A stretch of 64,000 bases of DNA from assembly GCA_002378195.1 (NCBI GenBank), contig DFRJ01000004.1:25073-89072 (forward strand), read 5' to 3'. Below, piece after piece: positions 60,801 to 64,000 of this stretch. Under the pieces are notes generated by a model, which was given only the letters and a program-made list of their open reading frames with translations, did not search any database and was not told where the DNA came from. Both the position numbers and the translations under genes were made by a program. Within the stretch, counting starts at the first letter, position 1. The number at the start of each line of letters is the position of its first letter. The DNA comes from Patescibacteria group bacterium UBA3466 (GTDB lineage: Bacteria > Patescibacteriota > Minisyncoccia > Phycocordibacterales > UBA918).

Positions 60801-61377
60801 AAGTGCCTGCGTCACAAGCAAACGATTGATTTGGGTTGCTGAGATAACTGTTACCGTCAATTGATCCACAAGCACCGACAGTGAGCGGTTCAACTACGGT
60901 AAAATCTACACATCGGTTTATATAGTTTGTACTGTAGTTGCCAATTGCAGCAATCATACACACTTCATATGTACCGGTAAACATTGGCGCAGCAAAACTA
61001 TCGGAAGTACTGTAAGCAGAAATCAGTTGCGCGGAGCTTAAAGGCGCATTGATAATATTTGAATAACTTCCACCATCAATATTATAGGCCACGCGGACAT
61101 TACCGTGCCTAGGATCGTCGTCACTACTGACCACAGCTTGTAGTGTCACGGTCTCGCCAGGTGTGTATGGTCCACCCCCAACGAAAGATACCGAACTCCA
61201 AATTCCGGTTGCTTCCGGCGGTCCGCCATCTTGCACGCTATGAGAAGCGTTCATCGCCAAGGCATGATTGACACTAAAGACAAAAGCGAGCAGCATGATA
61301 CCAGCAGCAAGCAGTATCTTTTTAAGGGTCAATCCGTTTGTTGTCAGTGCTTTCATAAGATTAATTATTATCTTCAT
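57835..61377 (-). CDS. Large secreted Cys-rich repeat surface protein with Ig/PKD-like, bacterial-repeat and CARDB-like domains
   Basis: Signal peptide; repeated CG.A.G...P...C..G...W.C modules; NQTPVVNAGAD; ES..TNN; alternative start at 61356. Confidence 0.8.
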   Translation of the reverse strand: MKIIINLMKALTTNGLTLKKILLAAGIMLLAFVFSVNHALAMNASHSVQDGGPPEATGIWSSVSFVGGGPYTPGETVTLQAVVSSDDDPRHGNVRVAYNIDGGSYSNIINAPLSSAQLISAYSTSDSFAAPMFTGTYEVCMIAAIGNYSTNYINRCVDFTVVEPLTVGACGSIDGNSYLSNPNQSFACDAGTLTGWSGDLDGWTWTCEGAGGGSDAACSADRAYVGQCSSPSVLDTCETGSPYNTVVNAGLAGDTTTEYRWGCNGYNGGANTSATQCTLSKSANSDGQCGNAINKSYSAAPVGDPDLCISNGGNSSITQLGGLWQWSCLGQGTGSSEVCNAFVSSPSCQGGVPSNGTAHPGDTTTTATLSWEHSSSDTSRACEFSCNTGFSWNGSSCQSDTPAPAACGSAAGGTYTSVPTSNLCSAGAAVLGGGAVRNGDEYEWSCFVSGSGDPAARCTANYDSGGGPAPAPPAECGAAAGVPTSAWPTAGQRCTSGSANPSPHWSIIATADKDGVANYGPCGFSPGWCFYGFDYNEPPQQGDYDWSCGFFSPFGWGWQHEALCSAPYLDPDPVPLAPAVNATCDAGSIEVNFSSVGAASYNFRLDDETANGWNGSCVSPNAGDICIDGLVSDPYNATGTIGNSYRVWVEACNGSGSCSSDASESFTCDAPNQTPVVNAGADKALVLPESATSTTGTATDVDGPSPLIFNWTYIGGTGLSLPTITNGTTLNPTFSDMSAGTYEFRLSAFDGEATGVDSMITTVAAEPTYVLNVNNNGLAGSIGLTTSGDSGILCEGAGLTPPNNDCSEAYTQNSIVNLTANIANGSAVFSGGCTGTNSCVVTMTGAQSVTATYDCNFGFVWSGTACVGRYDLNVSNAGEVSDLITISSSPAGISCPVDCLETYDENESVTLTVNSVPDATTVFSGDCSGATCNLTMDSDKTVTVTTDCDGGFVWNNNTQTCDAFYIDLIPFGYSPFNSGADPVTGVYANVNIRLDVNNSGNEGFGASSVPHRVRLDALDSGLGSYNSAVGVGESFSTDNFFTNVPFGSYTLVGEINNEAVDAVGESDRTNNVLNDTFVLNPPPPPMGINTDPQITRVGQDVDVSWNLETAYEIDCTVQGPGIDTSFSHGPAGGNTDNSTSPITVTVTNFSQYELRCVEPITGVVYSSIATVEVVPDIQEI

Positions 61378-62734
61378 TAATCACCTCATCTCCCTCTTCT
61401 TCCTTCTTACTCAAAATTGTAATTAACTTAAGAACGATAAAGATCAAGGCCACCGCGATTAATCCTGACAATCCGTAAATAATCATCTTTTCAATCGGCC
61501 GGTCATCCGGCAGAGACTCGGAATCAGCTTCTGTACTATCATCCGCGAACTCTCCGGCAATCTCAATTACTTCCATATCATCAGTAAATTCATCAATGAG
61601 GGTCCCATCGCCATAATAAAGGCTTGTCGTAAACTGCGGACCAGGACAGTCCGTAGTTAACTCCAGACTGTAGCGCAAAAAGTCTTGCTGATCGGCCAGA
61701 AAGACATTCTCTGAGGTGGCGCATACTTCGCCAGCTTTAGAATTGATCTGAAATACTAAATAATGCGGTTCGGTACTAAAATTAGTTAGTTCGGCCACCG
61801 CTGTTACCACTTCTCCAGACTGAGGCTGCACAGGATCCGTCACGACATTTTTTAGTGCTACTAATTCAGGGTTACCCACCCAGTAATCAAACGCTACCTG
61901 GTTGGAGCTAATGCTGATGTTTGATGCATCACGTAGGTAAAGTCCGGTCACATACTTACTCTGGACGGTCGGAGTAAGAAAAGTGAAGCTCACTCCAGCT
62001 GTCTCACCGGGCGCCAAGTTTAGATTCTGCTCATCCTCTAGAGAAGTAGCGATGTACTTTCCGTAAGGAGACAGTTGGTTGGTGCCGATTATTTTTTGTA
62101 ATTCGAGTGCAGCATCAGTATTATTTGTAACCAAACAAGAAACATTGAACTCCTCTTCCGCAGCGACAGTTATCACTGCTGGCGTTTGTTCTAACTCAGC
62201 CGTCACATCTCCATCGCCGATAGTACAATCATCTAGAACCACCCTCCCCAGCTCAACGTCTGAAGTAATAGACACCGTTGGTACCACCGCTTCGGTCACA
62301 AAATCTCCTGACCAGTCGGCAATCTGCAACCTCATCTCATAGTCACCGCTGAGATTTCCCTCGACCGGAATGATCACCTCTTTTTCTACTTCTGATTCAC
62401 TGTCTAGACTAAAAGAATCGGCTGGAATAAAACTAAAAAACTGACTGCCACTACCGTCAACTGGAACAAATTGCATACCATACTTCAAACTCATCCAGCT
62501 CTTATCAGTTTCATTGATAGCCTTAAAGCCGATGGTGATGGCCTGCTTGCTGACTTGGTAGTTTGTAATAAGTATAGTTGGCGCCAAATCTTGATACTCC
62601 TCTATCACTGCATCCGGCAATGATACAGCATCAACCTGAGCGTTTGTAAGTTGAGCAAAGGTTAGTAAAGCAACTCCAGCTGCCACCAGCGCAAGCGTAA
62701 TAATGCGAGCAAAATGAAAACAATTAATTATCAT
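61361..62734 (-). CDS. Secreted, C-terminally anchored Ig-like (beta-sandwich) protein
   Basis: Signal peptide, acidic beta-rich body, C-terminal TM helix. Confidence 0.7.
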   Translation of the reverse strand: MIINCFHFARIITLALVAAGVALLTFAQLTNAQVDAVSLPDAVIEEYQDLAPTILITNYQVSKQAITIGFKAINETDKSWMSLKYGMQFVPVDGSGSQFFSFIPADSFSLDSESEVEKEVIIPVEGNLSGDYEMRLQIADWSGDFVTEAVVPTVSITSDVELGRVVLDDCTIGDGDVTAELEQTPAVITVAAEEEFNVSCLVTNNTDAALELQKIIGTNQLSPYGKYIATSLEDEQNLNLAPGETAGVSFTFLTPTVQSKYVTGLYLRDASNISISSNQVAFDYWVGNPELVALKNVVTDPVQPQSGEVVTAVAELTNFSTEPHYLVFQINSKAGEVCATSENVFLADQQDFLRYSLELTTDCPGPQFTTSLYYGDGTLIDEFTDDMEVIEIAGEFADDSTEADSESLPDDRPIEKMIIYGLSGLIAVALIFIVLKLITILSKKEEEGDEVINEDNN

Positions 62735-62948
62735 ACGTATGAGGCTTTTTTATAGTATAGCCCGGGTCTGCAATTTTGTACTGTTCTATCAACATAAAGC
62801 ACCTCAATCACACTACGTACAAACGAGTGTTTTATATTGACAATATAGTTATTTAGTTGTCTTATAGGTTAAGCCTCTTATATATTTCACCAGAATATGT
62901 ATGATATGTCTAGGTTAAACTCGATCTTTACAACTTTGGAGATTCCCT

Positions 62949-63467
62949 ATGAATCATCTCAAACTCTTACTCGGTCTCATCCTGGTCTGTGCGCCTTACT
63001 TGGCTAAAGCAGAAATTCCTCAGGTATACCTCAACCTCTGTGTGGTAGCCAATTCAGCCGCAGATTTTGAGGAATTCCAATTCTTCACTGCTAGACTGGT
63101 CTTTCCCTCTGTTGTTTCTCAAAATTTGAAAGCCAGATTTGGTTCTGACCTCATCTACTTTGAAGGAGCGAGAAACAGCGGTCAGGAATACGAGCGTTGC
63201 TCGTTACTAAAATCCTTGCTGCCCCATGAATCCGCCACCAATTACAATATTCAAATTGCCGACGGTGATTATGGCGACCGGACTGTAGTAGCTAACCTTA
63301 TTCAACTCATTCCGATTGTTAGCAATGAGTCTAGCAACGAGCGGTTTCGCACCCAACACATCAGCACAGTCGAGCTGCGAGTCGGTGGTCAGCCAAACAT
63401 GCGTATTGGCTCAATCAGTCTCAACGGCAAAGACGGTTCTGTACCCGATACACTAAAGATGCAGTAA
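62949..63467 (+). CDS. Orphan secreted protein (paralogue A)
   Basis: Signal peptide AKA-E; aligns end to end with the next ORF; GGAG 7 nt upstream. Confidence 0.8.
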   Translation: MNHLKLLLGLILVCAPYLAKAEIPQVYLNLCVVANSAADFEEFQFFTARLVFPSVVSQNLKARFGSDLIYFEGARNSGQEYERCSLLKSLLPHESATNYNIQIADGDYGDRTVVANLIQLIPIVSNESSNERFRTQHISTVELRVGGQPNMRIGSISLNGKDGSVPDTLKMQ

Positions 63468-63477
63468 GGAGAAGCAG

Positions 63478-63981
63478 ATGAAGATACTTTTATCAGGCGT
63501 TCTCATACTCACCCTCAGCACAGTATCGGGAGTGAGTATGGCCCAAGAACTCCTCGGCCCTCAGATGTACCTGCGCTTTTGCACGATTTATAGTACCGTG
63601 CAAGAAGCTCAGGATGGTGGTGTAAAAATCTTTTATGCGGACTTGGTCTACCCAAGGCATTTCACCACTCAATTTGGTGGTGAACTCATCATGTACCGCA
63701 ATTTGGATTACATCCACCAGTTCCACATTTGTTCAGACGATTACCGAATTTCTCACGACTCTGCTGCGAACTACAAGATTCGCCTGGAGAACGGGGATTG
63801 GGGAAATCGACCGGTCATTGCAACGCTACTCGAAAAAGTACCGTTTGCCGATGGCAGTGGCGAGAGAATCAGAAAGCACCGAACCTTTGAATTGAGAGTT
63901 GGTGCTGGGAATTCTAGACTAGGTGATCTGGATTTGCGAGGTCGTGACGGCAGCGTCTCAGCCAATCTCACAAATCAGTGA
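63478..63981 (+). CDS. Orphan secreted protein (paralogue B)
   Basis: Signal peptide SMA-Q; TAAGGAG 6 nt upstream. Confidence 0.8.
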   Translation: MKILLSGVLILTLSTVSGVSMAQELLGPQMYLRFCTIYSTVQEAQDGGVKIFYADLVYPRHFTTQFGGELIMYRNLDYIHQFHICSDDYRISHDSAANYKIRLENGDWGNRPVIATLLEKVPFADGSGERIRKHRTFELRVGAGNSRLGDLDLRGRDGSVSANLTNQ

Positions 63982-64000
63982 ATCACAGCGAGGCTGGCAC

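Noticed and set aside
59300-61000. Repetitive-looking DNA as a possible CRISPR or tandem array
   Set aside because: The repetition is degenerate and explained by Cys/Gly-rich protein repeats; no regularly spaced identical repeats or cas genes were seen in the window.

Overview
This window looks like a chromosomal segment of a Patescibacteria/CPR (Parcubacteria-like) bacterium, based on 16S signatures, a stand-alone VirD4/TrwB-like ATPase, a VirB2-like pilin and a giant Cys-rich surface protein. About 1-25.6 kb is a surface-glycan locus: an OafA acyltransferase, NeuB/KdsB/HAD ulosonic-acid genes, two PhyH-type Fe/2OG paralogues, eight SAM methyltransferases, seven or more glycosyltransferases, a flippase, a deacetylase and an epimerase. 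About 25.6-40 kb holds envelope and housekeeping genes (rsmI, metK with a SAM-I riboswitch, murC, murD, tRNA-Ile). About 40.7-42.1 kb is a stand-alone 16S rRNA gene with a degenerate anti-Shine-Dalgarno tail. About 42.6-46.3 kb is a cluster of orphan secreted or membrane proteins, followed by pyrH, secDF, folD, an FtsW/RodA gene and large surface proteins. The strongest leads are: (1) a dioxygenase paralogue pair in which one copy has the HxA halogenase-type iron motif; (2) orphan genes that all carry GGAG ribosome-binding motifs while core genes look leaderless; (3) a membrane protein ending in an FtsZ-tail-like peptide; (4) a SAM-I riboswitch with long palindromic insertions; (5) several unexplained structured RNA or switch-like elements. 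No CRISPR array, transposase or prophage was seen. All assignments come from motif recognition by eye, with no database searches.
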